A stretch of 64,000 nucleotides of DNA, from positions 43,473,569-43,537,568 of the forward strand of contig NC_068989.1 in assembly GCF_001194135.2 (NCBI RefSeq), in the 5' to 3' direction. A program made the position numbers and the translations under genes. This DNA is from Octopus bimaculoides (taxonomy: Eukaryota). The notes beneath the pieces are model-generated. The model saw only the letters and a list, made by a program, of their open reading frames with translations. It did no database searches and was not told the DNA's origin. Of this stretch, positions 10,351 to 23,084 are shown piece by piece (position 1 is the stretch's first letter; each line of letters starts with the position of its first letter).

Positions 10351-13080
10351 GAATTCAAGATAATAACGAAGTCAAGAACATTGGATTATAATAGAACCAG
10401 GGGGAATGACTATGCATATCGCATATGGAGTTATTTCCCTTGTTTTGTTGTTTTTTTGGCATAGTTTTTTGATTTTTTTTGTTTTTTTTTGTTATTTCAA
10501 AAATTACGATAACCAATGTGCCTTCCAAGGTTGTAACGTGTGTTCTATGAAAAGAATTCGTTTCTTTTTTTTTTATTATTTATAGCAAATCAAGTGGTCA
10601 GATAGAAGGTTCGAAATTTTCTAGCGTGGTTGGAATGTTTGTAAAGAAATGTATGAAAGATGAAATCTAAATACGTGTATAAACAGCAGTAGAAAGGGTT
10701 ACTGCTACTGAGAAGGAAGTATCTAGAAGACTATTGAAATTACGCTAATAAATATAGGATGGAAAAAGCCCAACTGACACACGCTGCAAACAAGAAGTTC
10801 GATGACTTTGCCAAAGGAATTCACAAACCAGAGAGAACTGAAAGCAAAGGCAATAAAAGCAAACGGTGGTGAAATAATTGACCTCCAAGTTAAATATTCA
10901 ACATGTTTTCTGCAAAACCTAGCGTTTATAACTCGTTCGTTTCCCGTCTCCTTTTCGATGGGTTGGACAAGAACTTTGAGTCATTCTTTTACGGCAGATA
11001 ACTTTCCAGTCACTAACTCTTGTTTTCTAACTAAGGGCTTTGCAGTTTGTCTTCTTCAAAAGAACAGAGTTGGTGGACGATTTTGTGACAGGACATGCCA
11101 ACATCGTTTTCTTTTTCTTTTTTTCTCGCAATTCTTTCATGATGTTGAATGTAAGCACTCAGAGATGCACTCGCGTGCGCACACAACTGGGTTCTGTATA
11201 GTTCCTATCTACAAATTCCACTAACAAGGAATTGGTCAGCTAAAGGCTATATGATAAAAAAGACCCCAATGAGGATAGTGTTGCTCTGCATCGACAAGAT
11301 GTATTATGTAGTAAAATCAACAAAGAGCACAGTGCACTTGCCATGAAGAGTGGAGAATCCAACGTTTCAGACAGTCCTACTAAGGCTATAGAAGACATGT
11401 GCGCAAGGTGTTGCATAGTAAGATAGAACTTGAAACCACAGCCATGCCTACATACTGATAATATGATATGGGATGCAGCAAAAAGAAAAAAACCTCCCAG
11501 TTTCATCATCCTTGGCCATGTAACATATGGGAGCTTTTTCTGATACACCTTGTATTATAAATTAACGGCTAATATTTTCATACAAGGCTTGAGTCTCGCT
11601 AGTAAGTCTGTTGTTCTTGTTTGAGGTTCAGTTCTTATAATGTTTAACTCATCATTTAATGACCACTTTCCTATGCCTGCATTAAGTCAGATGGAGTTTA
11701 TTTGAAGCAGGTTTTCTATTGCCAACCCTTCTTGTTGCCAACCCTCACTTCTTTCCTAGCAAGGCAGTATTTTCCTATGGCTATACATCTTCTCACAAAA
11801 TATTAGAAATGGATGACATTGCTTGTAAGACTATGATACTTGTTTACAGCTATCATGCAACGTCAAAACAAGTTAACAAAACACACACACACACACACAT
11901 CATCAACATTTAGCGTCCATTCTCCATGCTTGCATGTGTTGGGTAAGAGTTGGCAAACTAGAGGGTAGCACCAAGCTCAATTGTTTGTTTTGGCATGGTT
12001 TCTACAGGCTTCTTTCAGTTTCCAACATCAACCAAATCCACTTAGAAAGGCTTTAGTCAACCCAGGACTATAGTAGAAGACACTAACCCAAGGTGCTGTG
12101 CAGTAGGACTGCATCCAGAACCAGGTGGTTGGGAAACAAACTTCTTACCGCTCAACCATGCCTACAACTCAATATATTGATTTCATTTCAAATTTTAGCA
12201 CAAGGTCAACAATTACGTGGAAAGGGTAAATCAATTACATCAACCCCCAGTACTCAACTGATACTTATTTAATCCACTCCGAAAAGATGAAAAGCAAAGT
12301 CAACCTTAGTGGTATATCGTTCATCTTTACGTGTTGGGTTCAAACTCCACCAAGAATTTTGCCTGACGTGCTAGCAAATCTGCCAACTCACCACCTTTGC
12401 AACTCAATATGTAAAAAGCTAACTCCCCTGAGATTTTATTACGACTATCAGTGAAAGCCTGTGAATACTGTCTTTACTGCTAAATTATTAGAAGTGTTTA
12501 GTTTCGTTTAGGCAAACTCAAACAAGCAAAGTTACAAGCTTTTTCAGGAACACATCAGAAATTACTAAGATTTGAACTCCTGACTACAGTACTTCCACAT
12601 AGGGTGAAAGTGCTTTGTTTTTGTATAATGTAGCATTTCTGCATACTGGAATTTTGTTTCTTCGTAAAAGGATCTGCCTGTCTATTCTTACATGTGTTTG
12701 TTGTCCTTTCACTGAAAATTTGCCTGAAACTAACCAATTCTAGCATCTATGAATCCGGTGCACCACTAAAATCATGTATAGTCTGCCATTGATACTTTAT
12801 TTTTTCGATGCTGAGATTTTATAATTTCATCCATTTTTCTAAGGAGAGATAAACTTTGAACACAATCTGCACAGCCAAATACCCTTCTAACTACTAAACA
12901 CTATCATTAAGAAGCAAATTTGGGAAGCAGGGAGTAGCAAGGGAAACTTGAACAAACAGTTATGTACTTTCATACAAGTCCAACAAAATATCTACAGCTA
13001 TAAAATTTGAACTCACCATTTGATCAGTGTTTCAGCTACAGTACACTCATAGTTTATAGGATATACATCACACCCACTGC

Positions 13081-13112
<32 letters not shown>

Positions 13113-13432
13113 CTTACAGCTACTGTATGACCAAAGCTCACAGGATATATCATAGCTACAGTACATTCACAGCTTACAGGATTTATATCTTAGGTTTCTT
13201 TTACTTTGATCATCTCATTTCTGAATATATATTTTTAAAAAGTTCAGTCTCCAAATGTCACTTTACAATCAATATTAAGTTCTTTCCAAAACCTTCAGAT
13301 TAAACTAATACTTCATAACTAATCTTTAAATGTTAAGAGTACTCAAAGACCAAAACAGTGAAGGCATAGCCATATAGTTAAGAAGTTCACTTCACTAATA
13401 CAGGACTTCAAGTTCTATCCCACTCAACACAA

Positions 13433-14399
13433 TTGTATCCGGAAAGTTCGCCGCAAACAATTTTGCTGCAGGAAAATTTGCCTCATGATTTTTGGCCTAG
13501 GAAAGTTCGCCGCAAGACAAAAGATGAGTTGCTCCCCTTGGTATACAATTGTTTCAACCAATAAGAAGAGATAAAGTAATTTAACTCATTTAAAATTTCT
13601 TTATTCATTCAACAATATTTTTTTGAGTAGCCAACCTATTAGAACGGTCTATGAAGTAGAAACTAGTATAGGCGGTGTGAAATTAGCTGATCTAAACTTT
13701 GTTTATAGGATAGATAGAAAATACGGTGAAAAAACATATTGGGAATATGAAAATAGAGAATGTAAAACAAGAGTGCATATCGTGCTGGAAAAGGATAATT
13801 TATCTATATTTAAAACATTCGGCGAGCCTTATCCTTCAAAACCAAAAGTTTACGTTGCAAAAACGAAGCCACTAATTCACAAACTTATGCGCGGTCGTTA
13901 ATTGCAGAAATTTTATCTAGTCATTGTCACTAATGCCGACATCATCGCATGCCTTGCAATATTAGCGGTTGGAGGCAAAATTTTTATTGAAACAAAAAAC
14001 GTGAGCGAATTGGATCTCGTGGCGTGAATAATCAACAACAACGTGCGTGTGAAGTGAAACAACACAACATACAGTTGTTATGGTAACAAGCTGTTAATGC
14101 CTCGCTCTCTGGTGACTGGCTAAAATTACCCAAATTTTCCAAAATTTAATTCCAAATAACATCAGATTCTTTCATTTACGATACCCCAAAATTGAAAACA
14201 ATCTGAGCACAATTAAAGGGGGTTGATTTTGCGAATGAAATTAACTAGATCCAATAGTTTTACCCCCTCTTATTGGTTGAAACAATTATGTACCAAGGGG
14301 GGCAACTCATCTTGTCTTGCGGCGAACTTTCCTACGACTAAAATTCGGGAGGCGAATTTTCCTGCGGCAAAAATGCTTGCGGCGAACTTTCCTGGAACC
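13433..14399 (+). mobile_element. Mutator-like (MULE, Phantom-type) non-autonomous element
   Basis: About 140-bp imperfect TIRs containing repeated GGAAA(G/A)TTCGCCGC units; 8-bp direct repeat CAACACAA at 13425-13432 and 14400-14407; internal FLYWCH-like coding remnant. Confidence 0.8.
13635..13975 (+). pseudogene. MULE transposase remnant (FLYWCH-like N-terminus, DDE core deleted)
   Basis: GGVKLADLNFVYRIDRKYGEKTYWEYENRECKTRVH fits the FLYWCH pattern (G..L...F.Y.......YW.C....C..R.H) with the first Cys mutated; followed by a short possible C-terminal piece (NADIIACLAILA). Confidence 0.7.
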
Positions 14400-14483
14400 C
14401 AACACAACACAAGCGTCTTTTACAAAAACCTTATGGTCAACATACAAGCTTGTCAATGAGACTATTCTTATTGTGTGGTCGAC

Positions 14484-14689
14484 TTAACCCTTTAGCATTT
14501 AAACCGACCAGATCCAGCCAAAATATACAAAATGTACAAAGTGGCCTCACACCAACTCTACAATGCCATTCTAAAAATTAAGTTACCTCATTCAAATCTC
14601 AAAGCTACAAGATGATATATGATTGATTCAAAACAATGTGAATAAATTAGCATTAGTTTTGACAGAATAATGTGAATGCTAAGGATTAA
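14484..14689. mobile_element. piggyBac-like TTAA MITE (family G)
   Basis: TTAA-CCCTTTAGCATT ... AATGCTAAG(G)ATTAA termini; same body at 23900, 29374, 37456, 47747, 48400, 52711. Confidence 0.8.
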
Positions 14690-14829
14690 CTCCTCATCAA
14701 ATATACAACTACCAACACCACCTGGCTTATGGATGCCCTTAGACCCAGAAAAAAAGTCATAAGTCCCTGCCCTTACTCCTCTGACCATCTTTATTTGTCT
14801 ATCTACCATATACACACACACATATATAT

Positions 14830-14877
<48 letters not shown>

Positions 14878-14892
14878 CCACATATAGATATA

Positions 14893-16110
14893 CATAGGTT
14901 AGACAAAATAATGGAAACACCTTAAAATTTCAAACAAATATATTTTAATATGGGGTAAGACCGCCTTTAGCAGTAATTACAGCTTGAATTCTACGAGGTA
15001 TGGGCTCATACAAAGTTTGAAATGTTTCCAAAGAAATTTTTGTCTATTCTTCAGCTAAAACAGTCTCCAGTTCTTGTAGTAATGATGGTGGAGCATATCG
15101 ACTTCTTTTTCTAAAGTGCACCATAAATGTTCAATAATATTGAGATTTGAGGACTGTGGTGGCCAGATAAGATTTTCAACTACACTAGAATGTTCCTCGT
15201 GCCATTCAGGAACAATTTTAGCTGAATGAATTGGTACATTATCATCCTGAAAGATTGCGTTTCTCTCTGGAAACAGTTTCACAACCACAGGTTGAATTTG
15301 ATCAGATAAAATGCTTTGTCCTGACTATTAATTCTGCCATGAAGGGAAACCATTGGGCCAGCAGATTTCCAAGATAAAGCACCCCAGATCATCCTCCATG
15401 TTTAACAGTTGGAAGAAGGCAGTCTAGGTCAAATGCTTCTTTTGACTGTCTCTACACCTATAGTCAGCCAGTGGTCAGAAATGAGGTAAAGGATGACTCG
15501 TCCGAGAAACATTTTTCTACTGCTCTAGGGACCAATCCTTAGGTTTTTACTCCACTCTAAATGCTTTGCAACGCTTGTTTTTGAAAGTAGTGTTTTCTGA
15601 TTGCAGCCCTACCATAAAATCTGCCTTTGTACAGCTCCTGGCAAACAGTTTTTGTGGAAACTGGGTTCTCAAGGTGGTCATTAAGTTCAGCAGTAATTTC
15701 GGAAGCTGTACTTTTGTGATCCTTTCTAACAATTCGCATAATAATCCGGTGATCCCTGTCTGAAAGTTTTGGTTTTCTTCCAGAGTTTTGTTTAAACGAA
15801 GAGGTTTTTCCCCTCTTTCTCAAAGGCTGTCATTACTTTCAAGACAGTACTCCTTGATACAAACATTTAAATTGTTTTCGTTACGTTAGCACCTGCCATA
15901 CATGCACCAAAAATTTGACCTCTTTGAAAGTCCCAAAGATCTGTCATTTTATTGAATTTTAATTACCTTTTTCTGAAAGGAAACAGCAATTTTAGCAAAA
16001 CGTATTAAGCAACACTAACAATAAATAAATAAATAAACAAGCTTTTTGACAGTTTTATAGCTATTTCAAAATTATGATGGTATGTGTTTCCATTATTTTG
16101 TCCAACATAC
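14893..16110 (-). mobile_element. Tc1 (DD34E) element
   Basis: TIRs GTT(A/G)GACAAAATAATGGAAACAC at both ends; about 1.2 kb; transposase remnant inside. Confidence 0.93.
14945..15947 (-). pseudogene. Tc1 transposase (multiple stops and frameshifts)
   Basis: SGRKPKLSDRD..I.RIVRKD..TA.EITAELN HTH; FQDDNVPIH; WPPQS(P>S)NLNIIEHLW; C-terminal AKGGLTPY*. Confidence 0.93.
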
Positions 16111-16119
16111 ACATACACA

Positions 16120-17338
16120 CAAGGTGAGCTGTAAAGAATTCTTGATTGATTTTTAGCAAAATGCATAAAAACAGGAGTTCTTTAGGATTTAATTTAATAT
16201 GGTTATGTTACATATCACGAAAAGTTTCATTCAATATACCTGCCTTTCACCTTCATAATCGCCCAAAGATGCCTAAGAACAGAGTCACATGAAGCCAGAC
16301 GATTTGACGCAACTCAGGCTTTCTTCAGAGAAAGTGATATTTTTGTGGGTAACTTTTGAAATGTCATTTTCTAGAATAGACCAACTAGCGAAGTCCATAG
16401 GGTTGACATCTGGGCTGGAAAGGAGACCACACATTTCTTGTCCTAGAACCCACTGAAATGACTCCTGCACCACTGCTGTATCATATTGGACGTATGAGGA
16501 GTGCCGTCTTGTGTGAACACATAATTATTTCCAAATGCTTCGATCACCCATGGCAAAACATTATCCTCCAACATTTTCATGCAAAATGCTGAATTAATCT
16601 TAGTCTCCTCTTTCATGAACACCAGAGATTTTTCCACCATCAGATGACACTACCACTCAAACCATCATTCAGGTGGGTTTCATTCAGTAAAGCACCTAAC
16701 AGGCGCTTTCGGGAACAGTATCATTCTGGGTGTTCACTACAGTCTCCATGGTGAATATCTTTTCATCTGACCAGATGAAGACATTGTCACCAGCACTCTG
16801 AATCTCCTCAGTTTTCTTGCACCTGTCCAGTTGCTTTGCTTTGAAAGCGGCAGAAATTAGCTGTCAACGCTGCAATATTAAAGACTTGCAATTTAAGTCG
16901 TCACGTACGACCTGTTGTCTGGGAGAGGTCGAGACTTTTAGCCATTTGCCTCATGCCCCCGCGATGGATTTTGCAACTCTGATGAAATCCACTAATTGTT
17001 TCATCCTTACGAATCATTTTCAACCAGGAATGGGCTTGCTATCAATTGAACCTGTCTCGTTATACCGTCTCATGACATTACAGACTGTTTTGGGACCAAC
17101 ACCAATCCTTGAAGCCATGCCTTTGGTGCTATGTCCTGCTGTTTTCAGAGTTACAATCTCACTTCACCTGTTAGCTGCCATATTGAAACATTTTACTTGT
17201 CAAATGTAAGCAAACAATGGAATGTACATGAACAATTGAATGTCGAAGAATCCATTTTAATTATTTTTGTGCAATATCAGACTAAATTGAATAAAATAAG
17301 CTTATTCAAATAAGCAGGAATTCTTTATGGCACACCCT
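16120..17338 (-). mobile_element. maT-like (DD37D) Tc1/mariner element
   Basis: Imperfect TIRs CA(A/G)GGTG(A/T)GC..TAAAGAATTC; about 1.2 kb; starts about 10 bp from the Tc1 element end. Confidence 0.85.
16227..17181 (-). pseudogene. DD37D-type transposase (degenerate)
   Basis: WSDEKIF, FTQDG-PH and SSPDVNPMDFASWSILE motifs. The third catalytic residue is D in SPDxNPMD and spacing is consistent with about 37 after restoring small indels. Confidence 0.85.
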
Positions 17339-17340
17339 AT

Positions 17341-17388
<48 letters not shown>

Positions 17389-18086
17389 CACCGTTTGTGG
17401 TTAAGCTACAACCAGTGACTTTTTGTTGACATTTTCTATCAAATCATCTGCAAGCTCAATCCCATAAAAATAGCTATGGGTTGGTGACAAAAGTGTCCAG
17501 CCATAAAAATCCTAACCCAATTTTCTCTCATCTAGGCTACACTAACCTGGAAAACCATGTTGAAGAAAACAATTTTAAAAATAAAATTTCTCCAGTTGAA
17601 TATAATTATAAGGAACATAAAACAAAAAAAACAACAAACCTGAATATATATATATAAGTTATGTTTATATACAGTTTTTTGTATTTATATTGATAAATTA
17701 ATACTTATATCAATCCAAAAAAATTAAAAAAAGATACATTATATATACATTCATGTATGTATAACAGTATCAAAGGAACACAGGTGTAGCCAACCTGGCT
17801 AGAAAATTAAAAAATATAAAATCAATTTCAGCAGCAAATAATCACATTGTGTGTGAGTGTGTATATGTAGAATATATGTATGTGTTTTGCTTGCACACAT
17901 ATTTTTAAGGTTTCTGTTTAAATATTGATAAAGGTTGTATATTTATGCCTGTATGTATGTGGGTATATTTTATATATGCATGAGTGCAAGAGTATATCTA
18001 TGTGCATGTGTGTGCATATTCAAGTGAGTGCATGTGCTAATGTGCATGTGTTAGAGCAAGTGTGCAAATGTGCAAGAGTGTACGCA

Positions 18087-18126
<40 letters not shown>

Positions 18127-18623
18127 TGCAAGTTGGTACAAAAGTAAATATGCTTGCATGTATTTACTTTACATCCAAGCATATCTAGTGTATGCAAGTC
18201 TGCACAGTCTTTAGATGCATATATGCATGTCTTGGTTTTTATGTGCATGGTAAATTCTGTATGGTGCACAGCTTAGATCTATATTTTCATGCAGGTTGTG
18301 TGCGTGTGTGTACGCACATGTATGTACTTATGTGAATGCATACATGTACATATGAATTCTTAGATGTTCATATGAATGCTTGCTTAGATACATGCTTATG
18401 TGTATGTAGATATATGTATATGTGGGTCTATTTGCTAATTGGATTACTTCTAGGCTGCTGCTTGTATTGGCACTGAGGTGAAGAATTACTTTTTCCTTTT
18501 TTTCATTTTTATTCCTTCACAAACACAACCCAATACCAAAAACACATCACAAAGAAAGAAAGACAACGAGAAAGAGGAAGAAAGAAAGGAGAGAAAAAGA
18601 AAGAAGATATCATATTCCAACAA

Positions 18624-18847
18624 TTAACCCATTGAAAGAAAAGCCAACCTATGTTTAATTAAATTAGGTTTTTGGACTGAAATTTATTATACAAAATATG
18701 ATTTTAAACTTTATTAGTTAGCCATTTGTCTTATCATGTTAAGAGTTATTGCACTAAAATCTCCCATAAACCTTAAAATATTTTGATAATTTAAACATAA
18801 TGGCAGTATATATTCTTGTCAGAAAAATATGGTCTCAAATGGGTTAA
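18624..18847. mobile_element. piggyBac-like TTAA MITE (second family)
   Basis: TTAACCCATT ... AATGGGTTAA inverted termini, 224 bp. Confidence 0.6.
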
Positions 18848-19340
18848 GCTGTATCATTTTTACAATCAAGTCACCTATCTGATGTCTTAATGTAGCTGTT
18901 TCTCCTCTTCTTTCTCTTCCTCCTCCACATTCTTCCTCCACCTCGATTCCTCATTACATCACAGGCTCAGTTCATCAGTAACAATACAGACAATAATCAC
19001 CTCCACCACTTTCCTCTATAGCACCATCAGTTGTGGGTTGGTCCATTGGTTTCATTTATTTCAACTGCAGTTGAAGTAAGAGGCAAAGAGAAAGAGAAAG
19101 CATGGGAGATTGAGACAGTAACCAGGAGGGATACAGAGGTAGTGAGGGAGTAAAGGGAGGATGAGTAAGAGTAAGAAGAGAGATGGGGTGAGAGATAGTA
19201 AGTAAGGGAGTAAGAGGGAGTGAGTAAAGAAACAATGCAAGACAGAAGAAGCAAGAAATATTGATATTTCAAAACAGTTCAATAATTTTCTGCTGTGACC
19301 ATCACCATTCTATCTGGATGGATGGATGGTTGAAATGCAA

Positions 19341-19565
19341 CTACTGTTGCTGTGAGGCTGTATTCCTGTTTTTACGATGTGGTTCTATTTCACGCAGACA
19401 ATTGGCTTTACAGTTCGGACATGCTCCCAAGTCCATCAGGTGGACAACATTTGGATGCCAGGCACAGGTCTGTCGTACTCGGCCTTGAATGTTGTAACCA
19501 CACACAGGACACAAGACACGCTTCGGACTCCGGTTACATATACATCCGGGAAATTCATTGGCTGC
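19341..19565 (-). CDS. Terminal coding exon of a small Cys/His-rich protein, similar to the uncharacterised CG13380 family
   Basis: Very strong acceptor (TTTTTCTTTTCTTCTCTTTTCTTAG|G), phase-0 open frame AANEFPGCICNRSPKRVLCPVCGYNIQGRVRQTCAWHPNVVHLMDLGACPNCKANCLREIEPHRKNRNTASQQQ* (74 aa), and 9 CpG in 225 bp within CpG-poor DNA. Motif CxC..C..CG...GR....C..HP.....MD...CP.C recalled from CG13380-like proteins. Confidence 0.85.
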   Translation of the reverse strand, partial: AANEFPGCICNRSPKRVLCPVCGYNIQGRVRQTCAWHPNVVHLMDLGACPNCKANCLREIEPHRKNRNTASQQQ

Positions 19566-19811
19566 CTAAGAAAAGAGAAGAAAAGAAAAATCTCATAAAT
19601 GTTTATTCATATTTATTAGATTTATGTTTATTAGGAAGAAGGCATATTTTAAAATAACGTTTCCTCACATGTGGGTGGTTATATAGAGCATCTGTCAGTC
19701 AAACTTCACCATGTGTCTGCACATGTATGCTCAGGCCTGGACAAGATTTTTGAAAAATGGCAGTTCCCCATACATGCAAATCCCACCTCACCATACCACT
19801 GATGTTTGATC

Positions 19812-20162
19812 TTTTACGCATTCAGATTACTCAGTCAAATGTAATGCTTATTCATTCACATCATTTTGGATTAATCGTGCACTATCTTGTAGCTTCCAGC
19901 GCTGGCAGAATAGTTAGCACACCGGGCAAAATGCTTAGCAGCATTTCATCCATTTGTATGTTCTGAACTCAAATTCTGCTGAGGTCAACTTGGCCTTTCA
20001 TTGATAAAATAAGTACCAGTTGAGCACTGCCAACATTTGAAACATTTGAAACCATTATTACAATGAGAGTAGGGATGTGGCCAGGTTAGGCCAGTTTGGT
20101 TATACAACAGGTAGAAAATTTTAACCAGATATGGCTGGTTTAAATGCGTTTTAACGCATTAA
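19812..20162. mobile_element. Family-G TTAA MITE interrupted by a degraded SINE-B (about 19905-20030)
   Basis: MITE 5' half (GCATTCAGATTACTCAGTCAAATGTAATGC) and 3' half (GATATGGCTGGTTTAAATGC) flank a SINE-B head. Confidence 0.6.
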
Positions 20163-21200
20163 GTTTTGTTCCATTAGAAGAGCCAAGATATTTTTACATT
20201 CCCCAGTATTGGTATTTATTTGAATGAAAGCCGTTTTCTCCTGACTTCGCCTAAATTTAAAAAAGAAATATTCTTCAACAGAAACGACCTTATTACAATT
20301 TTAAAACAAGTAGTATTTATTTGATCATACCAGAAAGGTCAAGTTGACCTCGGCAGGATTTGGAAAGTTGGAGCAAAAAGTATGAGGCATACTAACCAAC
20401 ATTCTAACGACTGCCTATGTTGAATATGTAAAAGCATTGTTATTAATTTAGAAATAATATTTCGGTATTTCAAATCCTGTCTGATACTCTGTATACATCC
20501 AGGAGCAAGATGATAATGACTGCTGATTCAAAAAGAATGTTGTGTAGCTGAAGGATTCAGGCAAGTGCATAGAGGCTCCCTAGTTAGTATTCGAGAGTAG
20601 GAGGAGGTATTACTCAGTGGTAGTCACCAACAAACAAGATTGTCATCACAGAGACCCTCCACAATCATCATCAACCAATAGGTCATCAACGGATATACCC
20701 ACCACCATCACNNNNNNNNNNNNNNNNNNNNNNNNNNNNNNNNNNNNNNNNNNNNNNNNNNNNNNNNNNNNNNNNNNNNNNNNGCAAGTGCATAGAGGCT
20801 CCCTAGTTAGTATTCGAGAGTAGGAGGAGGTATTACTCAGTGGTAGTCACCAACAAACAAGATTGTCATCACAGAGACCCTCCACAATCATCATCAACCA
20901 ATAGGTCATCAACGGATATACCCACCACCATCACAACCATCAAGATATGCCTCTCCCTCATACCCACACACTCCCATCACCAACAGATAATCTGGTTAAT
21001 CAGTTTTGCTAGTAATATTCCACCACAAATATATCAGTCAGAGGTGTATGCTGTCCTATTTGAATTGTAATATGTCTCTTAAGATGAAATTACAGCAATC
21101 ATCTGCTTAATGGTACCTCCTTGAAACATATTTCTTTTTTTCAAACTGGATCACAAAGCATATAAGGCTATAAATAACGATGTATAATGAATCGAGTTAA

Positions 21201-21587
21201 ATTCGACGACTGGCACCCGTGCCAACGTCGTCTCTTTCATTGGACATGGGGCTCTGCTTGCGAAGACTTGTTGGGGCAAGTGAAAGCGAAATAGTCATGG
21301 CACCTGTGCCCAGCGTCGCCTTTCTGGCACTTGTGCCCGCGGCATGTGTAAGGACTTTCGAGCGAGATCGTTGCCAGTGCCCCTGGACTGGCTCTTGTGC
21401 AGGTGGCACATAAAAGCACCCACTACACTCTCTGGGTGGTTGGCATTAAAAAGGGCATCCAGCTGTAGAAACTCTGCCAAATCAGATTGGAGCCTGGTGT
21501 AACCATCTGGTTTCACCAGTCCTCAGTCAAATCGTCCAACCCATGCTAGCATGGAAAGCGGACGTTAAACGACGATGATGATGATGA
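21201..21587 (+). mobile_element. SINE family E with RTE-type 3' tail
   Basis: AAGGGCATCCAGCTGTAGAAACTCTGCCAAATCAG...AACCCATGCTAGCATGGAAAGCGGACGTTAAACGA(TGA)n tail; related copies at 36770-37175, 47931-48207 and 58788-59090. Confidence 0.85.
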
Positions 21588-21662
21588 ATTAACGGGTTAA
21601 AATTTGAAAGCTGCTCATGGGGCAATATTATTTATAGCTTTATCATCTACTTCACCTTCAAT

Positions 21663-21983
21663 GAAGGAACATGACTCAGTGGTAAGAGCGTTGGGCTCAC
21701 AATCATGAGGTAGTGAGTTCAATTCTGGGACCGGGCTGTGTTGTGTTCTTGAGCAAGACACTTTATTTCACATTTCTCCAGTTCACTCAGCTGTAGAAAT
21801 GAGTTGCAATATCACTGGTGCCAAGCTGTAACAATCTTTGCCTTTCCTTTGAATAACATTGGTGGCATGGAAAGGGGAGGCTGGTAGGCTGGTTTTCCAT
21901 AAACAACATTGCCCAGACTTGTGCCTCAGAGGGAAACTTTCTAGGTGCAATCCCATGGTTATTCATGACTGGACAAGGTCTTT
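21663..21983 (+). mobile_element. tRNA-derived SINE family F (CORE-like central segment)
   Basis: tRNA-like head, CTTGAGCAAGACACTT...CACTCAGCTGTAGAAATGAG segment; second copy on the minus strand at 38621-38942. Confidence 0.8.
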
Positions 21984-22229
21984 ATTCCTTTGTTCCATTT
22001 ACTTCAAGATACACTGTTCTAAAAAAAAAAATTATTTCATGTTCTGTCAAAGCTTATAAATAAATTCTTATGACATCAATAACATGTACGTATGTATGTA
22101 CAGTTGAAAAGGGGATAAAAATCCATACCAATCAAAGGTTATAAGTAATATTGGAAACAGCATGGCAGTACGTTTGCAGATTCTTTTTACTTGCTTTAGT
22201 CAGAAAGGTTAAGAATTTTTATGATTATT

Positions 22230-22635
22230 CAGTTCCCAGGCCCCTCTTGTTTATCATAGTCCTCCAGGCCACAACAGGAATTCAAGACTGGCTGCACTTG
22301 GGAGCTCCTCTATGCTGATGACTTTGTTCTTACAGATAGAAGAATCACTGCCTGAACTAGAGAGGAAATTTCAGGTGTAGAAGCAAGGTCCGGAATCTAA
22401 GGGCCTCAGAGTTAATTTAACAAAGACCCAGTATGTAGGAAAACAGACATATCACAAATCCCATCAGGGAGATGGCCCTGCTCGCTGAGTTAAAAAGGTG
22501 TTGGTAGAAACTCTATTCAGTGTTCCCAGTGCAAGCTTTCAACATATAAGAGGTATATCAGTATCACAGGATGGTTGATGTGCAGACTCCATAAACACTT
22601 AGATTGAACAGAGAATAGACTTCCTCAAATGCCCA
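22230..22635 (+). pseudogene. RTE-clade LINE reverse transcriptase fragment
   Basis: PLLFIIVLQA..EFKTGCTWELLYADD (YADD at 22311-22322), SKGLRVNLTKT, GRWPCS..KKGVGRNSIQC..CK Cys insert typical of RTE. Confidence 0.85.
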
Positions 22636-22670
22636 GGTGATTTACAGGTTTTCATTTTTATTCAGAATAT

Positions 22671-22713
<43 letters not shown>

Positions 22714-23084
22714 CTCTCTCTCTCTCTCAGCATGNNNNNNNNNNNNNNNNNNNNNNNNNNNNNNNNNNNNNNNNNNNNNNNNNNNNNNNNNNNNNNNNNN
22801 NNNNNNNNNNNNNNNNNNNNNNNNNNNNNNNNNNNNNNNNNNNNNNNNNNNNNNNNNNNNNNNNNNNNNNNNNNNNNNNNNNNNNNNNNNNNNNNNNNNN
22901 NNNNNNNNNNNNNNNNNNNNNNNNNNNNNNNNNNNNNNNNNNNNNNNNNNNNNNNNNNNNNNNNNNNNNNNNNNNNNNNNNNNNNNNNNNNNNNNNNNNN
23001 NNNNNNNNNNNNNNNNNNNNNNNNNNNNNNNNNNNNNNNNNNNNNNNNNNNNNNNNNNNNNNNNNNNNNNNNNNNNNNNNNNNN

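Noticed and set aside
10802-11224. 140-aa ORF
   Set aside because: No recognisable domain, runs into a T-rich tract and a SINE; no splice support.
20561-20934. 151-bp identical direct repeat (20561-20711 and 20784-20934)
   Set aside because: Flanks a gap; same assembly-overlap explanation.
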